Below, in pieces: positions 1-11,922 of a stretch of DNA of 64,000 nt. Under the pieces are notes generated by a model that saw nothing but the letters and a program-made list of their open reading frames with translations, ran no database searches and was not told the DNA's origin. The stretch is from Octopus sinensis (lineage: Eukaryota): assembly GCF_006345805.1 (NCBI RefSeq), contig NC_043018.1, forward strand, positions 24,242,001 to 24,306,000, given 5' to 3'. How positions within the stretch are numbered: position 1 is the first letter of the stretch; the number at the start of each line of letters is the position of its first letter. Made by a program: the position numbers and the translations under genes.

Positions 1-94
1 CTATGTTAGTTTGTTTTACGGGGACGTGACTTAGAGGTCCTACAAAAGAAACTGATAATATAAGTACCAGACAAACAATTAAAGAAGAATATAT

Positions 95-290
95 GGATCT
101 TTACCTTTTGACCGACAGATTTTAAAAATAATTTTTTGTAACTAAACACTTCGGACACTGATAGAATGTGTCATATAAAATATCTTTTACTCTTAGCGTT
201 TTTGAGAAAAGCTTATATTTAGGAAGTTATTTCACGTTAAAGTTCTCGTATTTCGGTAATTTCAACCAATCAATGACGTGTATTCAGCTG
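95..290 (+). mobile_element. Diverged 5' part of GGATC-TIR MITE family
   Basis: Starts GGATCTTTTACCTTTTGA and follows the 5506 copy through caaccaatcaatgacgt. Confidence 0.55.
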
Positions 291-876
291 AATACAATTA
301 CTGCCGTTGTTTGTCAACAGCAACTATCGATGTTTTTATTTTGAGCAAAAACACTTCATCTCACGTTGTTCTACGATCTCTTCAACATCTGACCCGTGGT
401 ATACAATGCGCCTGTGCAGGCAAAGTTGATTTCATAGAGGGAGTGAGCTTAATGTACGGCACATACGTTTAATCGCTATTAAATTTGTGCTGGTCGTGCG
501 GCAACAGCTGAACAACTTATACGTCGTCTTCAATGGGCGTCAGTTAATAAGCGACTTTAAACTAATGGTTAAATAAAGTCGCTTATTAACTGACGCTTAA
601 CTTGTAAAAACTTTTAACTATGGTTTTTATTTTATATTTAAAAGTGAAATGGGGTTCTTTTCCTGTCTTTATTTCTATTTACCTTATAATGCTTTCTGTT
701 GGTAGCCTTTCGCTTGTGGTTTTTAAATGTTCATTTATCGTAGTCGCAAGCAGACATAAACATCCTCTCGAATAAGTCACCTTCGACCTAACGGACATCT
801 GTGACATGACAGGTGATGGTCACGGTGGAAATTAGGGAGGAGGGAGTTGCACTCTAATACTTGAGACTGGTACTTT

Positions 877-919
<43 letters not shown>

Positions 920-938
920 GTGTGGTGTGTGTGTGTGG

Positions 939-1005
<67 letters not shown>

Positions 1006-1553
1006 GTATGTATTTATATATGTATATAAATATATATATATATATATATTAATAGTAATGGTAAGACAACAAAAGAATGAAAGAGACCTCGAATTTATCT
1101 GTTAATATAATATGCTGGTGCAGGTTTCCACCACGACATCCGAAACTCAGAGTTTTATTATGGCAACCGAATAATTGTCACATATTATATTATATTATAT
1201 TATATTATATTATATTGACTCAAATATATATTTTTAACCTTCTAAAACAAGCCTTCTGTAGTTTTTTCACGTTTTACTATTTTCTATATATATATATATA
1301 TAAATAGTATCGCCATACTAATATGGCATTCTATAAAAATAAGAAAAAAGCTGTCCGCTTATTAGCTCCATGAGGCCATCGCCTTAAGTTAGCTATTTGA
1401 TACACAAACTGTATCCATATAACCTCGAACAAGGGAGGTCAGTCGCTCCACATACTTATTTTTATAAGAATGCCATATTAGTATGGCGATAACTAATTTT
1501 CCGGGAACGCTGCCGCTGTTCTCTTTAGAGAGACTTAGTTATTTTAATATTTC

Positions 1554-1585
<32 letters not shown>

Positions 1586-1588
<3 letters not shown>

Positions 1589-1830
1589 TCATCATAAATA
1601 ATGCGTTATTTATACAAAAGTTTTCTTTTAATCTAAAATATACTCTCCATTTTCTACAATGCTCTTCCATCTATCTGGTAGACTTGCAAAACCCCTCTTC
1701 CAAAATTCACTTGTCCGTGACGAAAAATACTCCTCCAGTATTGTTCTGACCTCGTCTACAGAATTCTTATTTTCCTGTCCAAACGATTTTGAAGACGGTG
1801 GAAGAAATGGTAATTAGATGGGGCATGTCA
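1586..1830 (-). mobile_element. Mariner transposase C-terminal remnant with 3' end
   Basis: Minus strand reads APSNYHFF...EEYFSSRTSEFWKRGFASLPDRWKSIVENGEYILD*, the typical mariner C-terminus; abuts (TA)n. Confidence 0.8.
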
Positions 1831-1859
1831 AATTATGCATTTTTCACCATCCACATCAT

Positions 1860-2500
1860 TAAGCAGACTTCTAGATGCGGTCATCTCATAGAAGGATCCT
1901 ACGAACCTCTGTGACAAGAGAACCAGCAGTCATGTCGACTCTATGGAAAACCCTGGCTCTGGGCAGCTTATATTACTGCTCACAGCTTTGGTCTCCTAAT
2001 TCATCCGGTGTCATAGAAAAATGAAGGGTTACAAAGATCGTTCACCAGTAAAATACCTTTGGTTAAAAGCCTTAATTACCGGGAACGCCTGAAAGCTCTA
2101 CGTCTCTACTCTCTTGAACGTCGAAGATAGAGATGTACTATTCATATACGCATAGAAAAATGCTGGAGAGGCATGTTCCAAACTTCAGCATTAGAGAGAA
2201 TTTTAATGCACGAACTGGTAGATATTGTTAGCTTCCAAATATACCACCTTCGAAATCACGAGCACGAAATCCTGTATGGGGTTTGAAGACCAACTGCACA
2301 CCACATAGAATCAAGTGGCGAGTCGTAGAGAAATCCATGTGATATGTAAATGGATCTAAGAAATGCAAGTCATGCTTAGCTGAAAGATGGCTCGTTCGTT
2401 TTAGATCCAAGAATTCAAATGCACTACTTAATACTAGATCCGAAACTTTCAGTAAACGAAAGGATATGGACAAATTTCTTCTGGCGGACTGAAGGACACC
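1860..2500 (+). mobile_element. CR1-like LINE ORF2 3' remnant
   Basis: Reads YYCSQLWSP...LQRSFTSKI...YRERLKALRLYSLERRR with frameshifts and stops; resumes as DKFL near 2470. Confidence 0.7.
2274..2457 (+). mobile_element. Penelope-like element C-terminal fragment nested in the CR1 remnant
   Basis: Reads VWGLK...IKWRVVEK.*YVNGSKKCKSCLAERW...LLNTRSETFSK, resembling PLE endonuclease C-termini. Confidence 0.65.
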
Positions 2501-2845
2501 ACCCTCTCTAGATTGAACAGGTGTTTCGCTAATTTTGGACCCCTTTCCGTTGAATTATTCTACAACCTTGGTTCCTAAACTGGGGTCCGCGAAGGGCTCG
2601 CCAATTTTCACATTTATAATGTTCAAAACCCTAGGTTTTCCGGTTTTAGCTAAAACTGGAACCATTGAACATGCACGTACTACACAGAACCCCTAATTTG
2701 TGTTTAAAAAAACCTTACAGATAGAATGCATTTGAGGCGACGTGCGCAGGCGTACACGCACGTACTTGACTGCAGGCGGTTTTCTGCGGCTTTATCAATC
2801 AGTGCGGGGTTATGGGCATAACAAGTCTAAACAGGATTGGGAATT

Positions 2846-3692
2846 GGTGGTGTAACAATCCAGAATATACTCCTGCTCGGACTATACCTGGGGCTAGTCT
2901 GGGCTAGCGCTGACTATACCCCCTCCAGACAACTAGGCCAGAATATACCCCTGTGCAGTCTATATCCCATGCTTGCGGATAAATAACACAGATGTACCTC
3001 ACTTATAAAAGTTTCCTCAGAGCATTTATAAAATTTGATATCACTCGATGAAGAACTAAAAGTCACGTGTAAATTTCGATTTAAACATAGCAATTTAGAA
3101 TTATCAAATGCAAAATACTTTAAAATGTATCAATATAAATCCAACACGAATGGCCACATTTGTGCGAGTCCAGGCTATGACCCACAGTATAGGTGCGCTT
3201 TGCAGTAAGCGTGAGTCGTCAATTTTTTCCAATCTACCCTATATATTGGGTTTATATTGGTACATTGAATATTTGCATTTGATAATTCTAAATCGCTATG
3301 TTTAAATCAAAATTTACATGTAACTTTTAATTCTTCCTCGATTGATATCAAATTTTATATGTTTTGAGGCAACTTTTATAAGTGAGGTACATCTCCGAGG
3401 TCGACTTTGCCTTTCATCCTTTCGGGGTCGATAAATTAAGTACCAGTTACGCACTGGGGTCGATATAATCGACTTAATACCTATGTCTGTCCTTGTTTGT
3501 CCCCTCTATGTTTAGCCCCTTGTGGGTAATAAAGAAATAGGTACATCTGTGTTATTTGTCCACAAGCATGGGGCATAGTGTGGACAGGAGTATAATATGG
3601 GCTGTCTGTCTGGAGGGGGTATAGTCTGGGCTTGCCCAGACTAGTCCCACGTATAGTCCGAGCAGGGGTATATCCTGGGTTGTTACAGCGGC
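2846..3692. mobile_element. Foldback/MITE with ~300-bp imperfect terminal inverted repeats
   Basis: TGTAACAA (2851) ... TTGTTACA (3687); 2851-3146 is the reverse complement of 3246-3687 once the SINE insert is removed. Confidence 0.85.
3395..3538 (+). mobile_element. 5'-truncated SINE family B in the foldback right arm
   Basis: 10-bp TSD AGGTACATCT at 3385-3394 and 3539-3548. Confidence 0.9.
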
Positions 3693-4026
3693 CGTAACAT
3701 CAGCTCATTGATAACATAGTCTGCAAGATTGGTTTACGAAGAGGTTGCGATTTGTTTTTACCATCGCAAATTTACGAACGCCTATATTTTCGACATATTT
3801 ATCATCGCAAGTTCATTCTTAATTTTACTTTTTATGTTTGTATTAAGCATCAATAAGTAGGGACCTAATAAGCCAACAAAAAGACAAGCTAGTAGCGCTG
3901 TCATAATTAAGACGTTCGTTCTACATAAAGTACGTAGCGACTTTCAGTTGAACATTTTTGAAGTAGCTACAAGGTGTTACAATGGTAATCTCTCTCTCTC
4001 TATATATATATATTATATATATGTAT

Positions 4027-4141
<115 letters not shown>

Positions 4142-4417
4142 TATATATATAAAATGTATATAATTATATGATATTATACTGATAAAAGTAACAAAGTTTC
4201 CTCAACAGAGATGGAATTATGAACATTTAATGCATCGCTACGCGCGTTTCCACAAATCCCATATCTCTTAAGATCACAGTCCGTGTTCCTGGGGTGATTC
4301 CTGTGCAGTCCGTAGTATTCGCGGGCTTCAGACTGTGATTTTAATTGACATGTGATTTGTGAAAATGCGCGTAGCGATGCATTTACAGCACAACATTTAC
4401 ATATTGTTATATTTATT

Positions 4418-4620
4418 TGAAAGAAAAGGAGATACGACGAGTCATATTTGAGCTTTGGTTTCACTGTGTTTACTGATGGTGGAGTAGAAAAACCAGTGTG
4501 TTCTGTATTCTGAGGTGTTGGCAGCTTCTTCGTTGAAGCCCAGCAGTCTAAAGAGGCATTTGGAACGAACATCCCAGTCCAGTCAACAAGACAAAAAATT
4601 TTTCAGACGCCAAGCTGACA
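4418..4620 (+). mobile_element. hAT (Buster/Charlie-like) transposase N-terminal BED-finger remnant
   Basis: KKRRYDESYLSFGFT...KP.C...EVLAASSLKPSSLKRHLE...FFRRQ with frameshifts. Confidence 0.8.
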
Positions 4621-4621
4621 G

Positions 4622-4702
<81 letters not shown>

Positions 4703-4809
4703 GCCGAAATTGAGAGGATGATCCGGTTCTTGACTGAAGACTGAAGGCTGAAGACCCGTCCGGTTTTTTTGTATCTTCTATTTGAATGTTTTGCGTTCTT
4801 GTCCCATTT

Positions 4810-4849
<40 letters not shown>

Positions 4850-4858
4850 ATATATATA

Positions 4859-4899
<41 letters not shown>

Positions 4900-5505
4900 A
4901 GTAAATGTAAAGACAAGCAAGTTAGGCAACTCGATATACAAAAAATATTAAATACATTTTGATGGAATCAATTTACAATCCTTATTTTGGACCACCAAGT
5001 CCCCAGAAAAAAAAAAAAAAACTGTTGGACTCGTTATTCAACCCCTTTAATTCCTGATATTATTTCAAATCTGTGGAAGTCGGATCTTTTTATATGTAAA
5101 CATATGTACATTTTTTTGTAATAAATGTATTTAATATTTTTTGTATATCAGCTTATCTGACTTGTTTTACTTCTGTACCTGCGCAAGTTTAAAACTTTTT
5201 GAGTACTCCCAAGTGTATTCTATACGAAGAATACTTGTCTCTAATCTATCTACACGCACACACGCACACACACATTATATATTCACATATATTCACCGGA
5301 CATATTTCGGTTTCCGTCTGCCAAACCACTCAGAAAGCTTTCATCGGTCCGGGTCTATAGCAGAAGACACTTGTCCAAGGTGCCCCGCTGCGGGACTGAA
5401 CCCGGAACCATATGGTTGAGAAGCAAACCCAACAAAGGAAATAACTCCAGTTATATCACTTCTTGCATATGTTTTTTAGAAAATAAAATCAATGAAATCA
5501 GAATT

Positions 5506-5938
5506 GGATCTTTTCGGTTTGAACGGCAGTTTTTAACATAATTTCTAGGTAACTAAAAAATTATAAAAACTTCGTATACTGGTAGAATGTATTTATAAAA
5601 CATCTTTTTCTCTTGGCTTTATTGAGAAAATTCTATAGTTTGTAAGATATTTGTTTTTTTTTCTTCAATTTCTGCAATTTCAACCAATCAAAGACGTCTA
5701 TTGAGTTAAAAAGCATTCTGTGCCGTATGAATATGTCCCTCGTTTAAGAAACAGATTGGGTTTATTTACATTTGTGAAGAAAAAAAAGATACCCTTCCCT
5801 CACCCCTAATCCTAACCCTAACTCACCTTAACCCTAAAAGAGATTGAAATGCAATAGATCGATTCTAGGGTCAAAATTATGGGTGACAATTTCATATGAC
5901 ACCGCTTGAAAAAACTGCCGTTCAAACCGAAAAGATCC
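5506..5938 (+). mobile_element. Complete 433-bp MITE with 29-bp perfect TIRs
   Basis: GGATCTTTTCGGTTTGAACGGCAGTTTTT ... AAAAACTGCCGTTCAAACCGAAAAGATCC; internal CCCTAA repeats; no TSD seen. Confidence 0.9.
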
Positions 5939-7109
5939 ACCCCCTCTTTCTGTATATGCTTACTTCGCTGTTGAAATCTCATAAGATGGGAACATCTCCC
6001 TCGCCTTTACTTGTTAGCTCTTAAGACAATATCCTCTCAGAAATACTAAATCTCTCGTAGAGATATGTACGGTGGTGGGGCGATAGAATGGTTGTATACT
6101 GTCAATCTAACACGAACGTGACAGTAGGTGGGTACACCACCGCTGTTTAGTCCTACCCCACTACTGTCACGTTCGTGTTAGATTGACAGTATACAACCAC
6201 AATATCCTCTCCTAAACGCATAACTGGCAATATCTTCGCTGGTCACTGTTTTCCATATTTGAAACTCTCTTGTAGGAAGATGTTGTCTTCTAATTGGAAG
6301 GATTGTCTTGGTTAATTGAAGTTTTTGAACTAGCTATATTACAGTTGTGAAACTGTTGTGTGTGTGTGTGTGTTTATATGCACACATATATACAGACATA
6401 CACACTTAAATATCTATATAAATATGTACACACATATATGCAATTGTATATATACGTACATGCATAGACACAAGCACACAGCATACGTACACTCAAACAG
6501 ACACACACACACACACATATGGTAGAGGGGCGTACATACATAGATTTTGAAGGCGGTTCTTCACCATGGCCTGAGCTGAGACGGCTAAAAACAAACTAAA
6601 GAGAACTGAGAACCACAGAGAGACCTCAGTTCGTGTTCATCAACCGTTAAACTGCAGGGGAAAGTGAAAGAAAGTAGAGATAGATGGAGAAATGCTAATG
6701 TGGGCCAAAGTGGTGGTGGGTGCAGTGGTGAGAATGAAAGGTAGAGAAGGAGAGCGACAGAGTTGGTAATGTGACCTAGAGAAGGGGCGGCGTCGGTGTA
6801 AAAGGAAAATGGACTACACTCATTCACTTTAACAAAGGAAGAATAAACTGGATACGTGAGTGAGGGAGATCGCTTAATGTAGGAGTCCCCTGTCCGAAAG
6901 AAACAGCAGATATTACTCTCCTTACACCGTGTCAAGGAGGAGGCAGTAGCTACGTGAGATCGTTCGGCTTGCTAGAAATAGCAACTAAATCGCTTTTACA
7001 TCACATGTACTGTCTTAAAACAAACAAGCATTGGACAATGCAATACGGGTAAAATACATTGTTTGGGAGAAGAAAAAACAAGTTGTTTACATATTGGTTC
7101 GTCAAAGAT

Positions 7110-7470
7110 CGAATTGTGCCATCGTTTCCACGTTGGGCTTCCAACCACTCGGGCCCATCCCACGGCCTTGATTCCTTCACAACCCAATGCACGAATCCTA
7201 GCTCTGACAATGCAACCCATATGTTGGGCTTCGAGGTGCTGGTTTAATGCCAGTCTTTTGGCCGTCACCTGAGCTGCAGAGCCAGATTCCATTGCTTTCT
7301 CTAAGTCCTTAGCTAATGCTAATCCCATCCTAGTCTCTCTAGCCACTAAACCTGTGCTATATCTAATAGACTCAAATTTAACGGCTCGCTTGAAGGCATA
7401 CCACCATTTGTTATTAATAACAGATCCGGTTAATGCCCTCTGTATCAATAACTTAATCTGGTCTCTTCCA
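7110..7470 (-). mobile_element. Tx1/L1-like LINE ORF2 fragment (endonuclease-RT linker)
   Basis: KWWYAFKRAVK...Y...GCIVRARIR...EG pattern typical of Tx1-clade ORF2. Confidence 0.6.
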
Positions 7471-7489
7471 ATTCCTTGTCCATAATATC

Positions 7490-7721
7490 TATTTCTTTAC
7501 TACCCACAGGGGGCTAAACACAGAGAGGACAAACAAGGACAGACAAACGGATTAAGTCGATTATATCGACCCCAGTGCGTAACTGGTACTTATTTAATCG
7601 ACCCCGAAAGGATGAAAGGTAAAGTCGACCTCGGTGGAATTTGAACTCAGAACGTAACAGCAAATGAAATACGGTTTACGCATCTCGCCCGGCGTGCTAA
7701 CGATTCTGCCAGCTCGCCGCC
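7490..7721 (-). mobile_element. SINE family B, full length
   Basis: Reverse complement of ggcggcgagctggcagaa...cctttcatcctttcggggtcgat...aaagaaata. Confidence 0.9.
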
Positions 7722-7937
7722 AATAGATCTTAACAGTTCTTCTTCAGATGTTGACAGCTCTGACCCGCTAAGGTCTGAGTAAAATGAATCCCTTTTGCCA
7801 GCTATCACTAATTCTCGACGAGAGAAAGCACGACCAAATTGCTGCAAAGCACCACACAACAATCAAAACTTCACAAAAGCAATTCAACAGGCAAACAGAA
7901 CAGAATTTCTTTATTCCCTTATAATAAGGTTTACATA

Positions 7938-8340
7938 GGCGCAGGAGTGGCTGTGTGGTAAGTAGCTTGCTTACCAACCACATGGTTCCGGGTTCAGTCC
8001 CACTGCGTGGCACCTTGGGAAAGTGTCTTCTACTATAGCCTCGGGCCAACCAAAGCCTTGTGAGTGGATTTGGTAGACGGAAACTGAAAGAAGCCCGTCG
8101 TATATATATATGTGTGTGTGTGTTTGTGTCTGTGTTTGTCCCCCAACATTGCTTGACAACCGATGCTGGTATGTTTACGTCCCAGTAACTTAGCGGTTCG
8201 GCAAAAGAGACCGATAGAATAAGTACTAGGCTTACAAAGAATAAGTCCTGGGGTCGATTTGCTCGACTAAAAGGCGGTGCTCCAGCATGGCCGCAGTCAA
8301 ATGACTGAAACAAGTAAAAGAGTAAAAGAGTAAAGAGTAT
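7938..8340 (+). mobile_element. tRNA-derived SINE family A, full length
   Basis: Head GTGGCTGTGTGG...GGTTCAGTCC (A/B-box-like), internal (TA)(TG) tract, (GTAAAAGA)n tail; many copies in the window. Confidence 0.9.
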
Positions 8341-8586
8341 AGATGGGACATAACAAGCACAAAAGACATGTAGGGGACGGACATACATTCTTACACATAT
8401 GATTTAAAAACGGATGAAGTTACAATTACGAATGAAAAATGAAAAATATAAATGGCGAATAACAAATTAGTTTAGGGTTAATGATTTAATCCGCTGGTCG
8501 TTTTTTTCCCTTTTCGGTCACCTTTTCCATATCCTTTTATTTATTGACCGACCGTGCCAGCATGGCCCCCCGTTCAATCTTATCTT

Positions 8587-9060
8587 ATTTCTTTATTGCC
8601 CACAAGGGGCTAAACATAGAGGGAACAAACAAGGACAAACAAAGGGGTTAAATCGATTACATCGACCCCAGTGCGTAACTGGTACTTAATTTGGTGGCGA
8701 GCTGGCAGAAACGTTAGTACGCCGGGCGAAATGCTTAGCGGTATTTCGTCTGCGTTACGTTGTGAGTTCAAATTCCGCCGAGGTCGACTTTGCCTTTCAT
8801 CCTTTCGGGGTCGATAAATTAAGTACCAGTTACGCACTGGGGTCGATGTAATCGACTTAATACCTATGTCTGTCCTTGTTTGTCCCCTCTGTGTTTAGCC
8901 CCTTGTGGGTAATAAAGAAATAGGTACTTAATTTATCGACCCCGAAAGGATGAAAGGTAAAGTCGACCTCGGCGGAATTTGAACTCAGAACGTAACGGCA
9001 GACGAAATTCGGCTAAGCCTTTCGTCCGGCGTGCTAACGTTTCTGCCAGCTCGCCGCCTT
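8587..9060 (-). mobile_element. SINE family B host copy interrupted by a second copy
   Basis: 18-bp TSD CCCGTTCAATCTTATCTT at 8569-8586 and 9061-9078. Confidence 0.9.
8693..8922 (+). mobile_element. SINE family B inserted antisense inside the host copy
   Basis: 12-bp TSD GGTACTTAATTT at 8681-8692 and 8923-8934. Confidence 0.9.
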
Positions 9061-9340
9061 CCCGTTCAATCTTATCTTTCTTACAACTGTTATCCAGCGT
9101 TTTTCAAACATGCTTTGCGACAGGCTCCTCCTCTCCAGACGGATCTAACCAGAGAGGTGGGCGATGAAGTAATCCACCGCCCACGTCGTCCGGAGATGAA
9201 TTGGCCCAACAGGCAAACAGAACAGAACTCCGCGCAGTCGCACTGCAGGCAAGTAACAGCAATCGAGACGATCAAAATCACGTGATCAAAATTAAAATCA
9301 CAACACTTTGGATAGGCAAAGGATTTAGAGTCTTTCTTTT

Positions 9341-9722
9341 TCTTTTACTCTTTTACTTGTTTCAGTCATTTGACTGTGGCCACGCTGGAGCACAACCTTT
9401 AGTCGAGCAAATCGACTCCAGGACTTATTCTTTGTAAGCCTAGTACTTATTCTATCGGTTTTTTTTGCCGAACTGCTAAGTTACTGGGACGTAAACACAC
9501 CACCATCGGTTGTCAACCGATGTTGGGGGTACAAACACAGACACACACACACATATATACGACGGGCTCCTTTCAGTTTCCTTCTACCAAATCCACTCAC
9601 AAGGCTTTGGTCGGCCCGAGGCTATAGTAGAAGATACTTGGCCAAGGTGCCACGCAGTGGGAATGAACCCGGAACCATGTGGTTGGTAAGTAAGCTACTT
9701 ACCACACAGCCACTCCTACGCC
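9341..9722 (-). mobile_element. SINE family A, full length
   Basis: Reverse complement of 7938-8340. Confidence 0.9.
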
Positions 9723-10036
9723 TTTTAATTTTTCTTTTCAACTTTCTAAAAATTTAAATATTATTTCATTTTGTTTAGCCACAAGTCGACTCTGAACTTA
9801 GGTTGCTCCAGCCTTGGCCAAGAGATCCCAGCCATGGCTATCTCATCATGCAGCCGAACGGAACAAAATCCTGAAGTACCCTGATCTGTCGGCCAACTAC
9901 ATTGATGACCGGTAATAAAGTCACAATTTTGGTTAGGAAAAAAAAAAAAAGCCACAATTAATTTATGGGATCCGGACAAAACCTACCTAGGACAACCCCC
10001 GCCCGGACAAAACCCCTGTGACTCTTTTTTACCTAG

Positions 10037-10282
10037 GTTCACAACATTTTCCATCTTGTGGCGTTCGAGACGTTTGGTGGGGTTGGACCACTGACTGCGA
10101 GATTCCTGTCTTCACTGGCAGCCCGCCTAGCAGGGGTAACTGGTGAACCTCGTGGGGGCGCTTGGTTATTCCAGTTCATCAGCCCCGCCATCACTCGCGG
10201 CAACGCCGCAAGCGTGCTGGCGTGCTCAAAAGTCATGAGAGAGGTTTCCCAGCGCCCCAAAACTTTCTACTTGTTCGAGTAA
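10037..10282 (+). mobile_element. CRE-clade non-LTR retrotransposon 3' end (restriction-like endonuclease C-terminus)
   Basis: FHLVAFETFGGVG...FLSSLAARL...GEPR...LFQFISPAITRGNAASVL fits the CRE motif F.P.A.ET.G...QRGNAA.VL. Confidence 0.75.
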
Positions 10283-10587
10283 TATGATACTATAACAATT
10301 TATTATTGAGTTTCTAAATATTAAGAGTTTGTATGAGAGGTTTTTAATGTTAAATTAATTTATTATATCTTTATTGAAATTTTTATTTACATTACGTACT
10401 TCTGTTAATAAAAGGATAGATGAGTAAAAAAAAATATATATACATAAAAATGTAATAGCAAATACATTTATGTATTTGTATAAGTATTAATGTTATACAT
10501 TGAAAACTTGAGGAAATGGAAAAATGATATTAAAGCTTTCACATTCAACATAACTTTCATTATAGAAAGTGATACAATACCATATAC

Positions 10588-11001
10588 GAATCTTTTCGGT
10601 TTGACCGGCAGTTTTTTAAAATCATTTCCACGTAACTAAACACTTTTAAAATTCGTATACTGGTAGAATGTGTTTATAAAACATCTTTTCCTCTTGGCTT
10701 TATTGAGAAAATTCTATAGTTTGTAAGATGTTTGGTTTTTTTCTTCAATTTCTGCAATTTCAACCAATCAATGACGTCTATTGAGGTGAAAACATTCTGT
10801 GTCGTATGAATATGTCCCTCGTTTCAGAAACAGACTGGGTTTATTTACATTTGTGAAGAAAAAAAGATACCCTTCCCCCCACCCCTAACCCTAACCCTAA
10901 AAGAGATTGAAATGCAATAGATCGATACTAGGGTCATAATTATGGGTGACAATTTCATATGACACCGCTAGAAAAAACTGCCGTTCAAACTGAAAAGATC
11001 C
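10588..11001 (+). mobile_element. Second complete copy of GGATC-TIR MITE
   Basis: High similarity to 5506-5938; internal CCCTAA repeats. Confidence 0.9.
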
Positions 11002-11267
11002 GGGGAAGGGTATCTTTTTTTCTTCACAAATGTAAATAAACCCAATCTGTTTCTTAAACGAGAGACATATTCATACAGCACAGAATGCTTTTGAACTCAA
11101 TAGACGTCACGACAAGTACCAGTTGACCCCAGTACTGGCGTCGATCTAATCGACATTGACCTCGTCCCTGAAATTTCTGGCTTTGTGTCAAAATTTAGTT
11201 TATCATAAGGCGGAGGGCTGGCAGAATCGTTAGCACACCGAGCAAAATGTTTAGCGGCATTTTGTCC

Positions 11268-11473
11268 ATACTCTTTTACTTGTTTCAGTCATTTGAATGC
11301 GGCCATGCTGGAGCACCGCCTTTGATCGAGCAACTCGACCCCGGGACTTATTCTTTTGTAAACCCAGTACTTATTCTATCGGTCTCTTTTGCCGAACCTC
11401 TACGTAACGGGGACATAAACACACCAGCATCGGTTGTCAAGCGATATTGGGGGGAAAAACACAGACACACACA

Positions 11474-11475
<2 letters not shown>
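11268..11475 (-). mobile_element. SINE family A, 3' half
   Basis: Similar to reverse complement of 8130-8330. Confidence 0.85.
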
Positions 11476-11518
<43 letters not shown>

Positions 11519-11614
11519 CGGGAAGCTTTATGAAAATAAACAAAAGACGAAGGCAGGTGGAAAACAAACGAACAATTGTATTAGTATGGCGCTCAGAAAT
11601 ATAAATAAAACAAG

Positions 11615-11652
11615 TCTTTAACGTTTCGAGCCTACGCTCTTCAACAGAAAGA
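11615..11652 (-). ncRNA. Minimal type I hammerhead-ribozyme-like motif (variant core)
   Basis: Minus strand UCUUU CUGUUGA A GAGC-GUAG-GCUC GAAACGU U AAAGA: stem I, stem II, palindromic ACGU stem III. Confidence 0.55.
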
Positions 11653-11885
11653 TACACAGAGAGAGAAAAACACAGAAAGAAGGAGAGAAAAAAAATGCGT
11701 GCAGTAGCTAACGAATCAACATGGCGATCTGATTTCGGCCAGAGGTCAAAGATCAAACATGAGACGCGAGAGCGAAATAAGGGGAGATAATAGGGTTGAT
11801 AAAAGGGTTGAGGGACCAGCTAAAAGTGCGTGGGAGGGGTCTGGATGTGTGCATGTATAGGGTTGGTGTATGTATTAGTATGTAT

Positions 11886-11922
<37 letters not shown>

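Noticed and set aside
7938-8010. tRNA genes at SINE heads (also 41101, 42963, 50935)
   Set aside because: A/B boxes run directly into SINE bodies with no acceptor stem or terminator
7768-8388. Recurring ORFs such as FQSFDCGHAGAPP and VEDTCPRCHAVGLNPEPCGW
   Set aside because: Incidental frames of SINE family A
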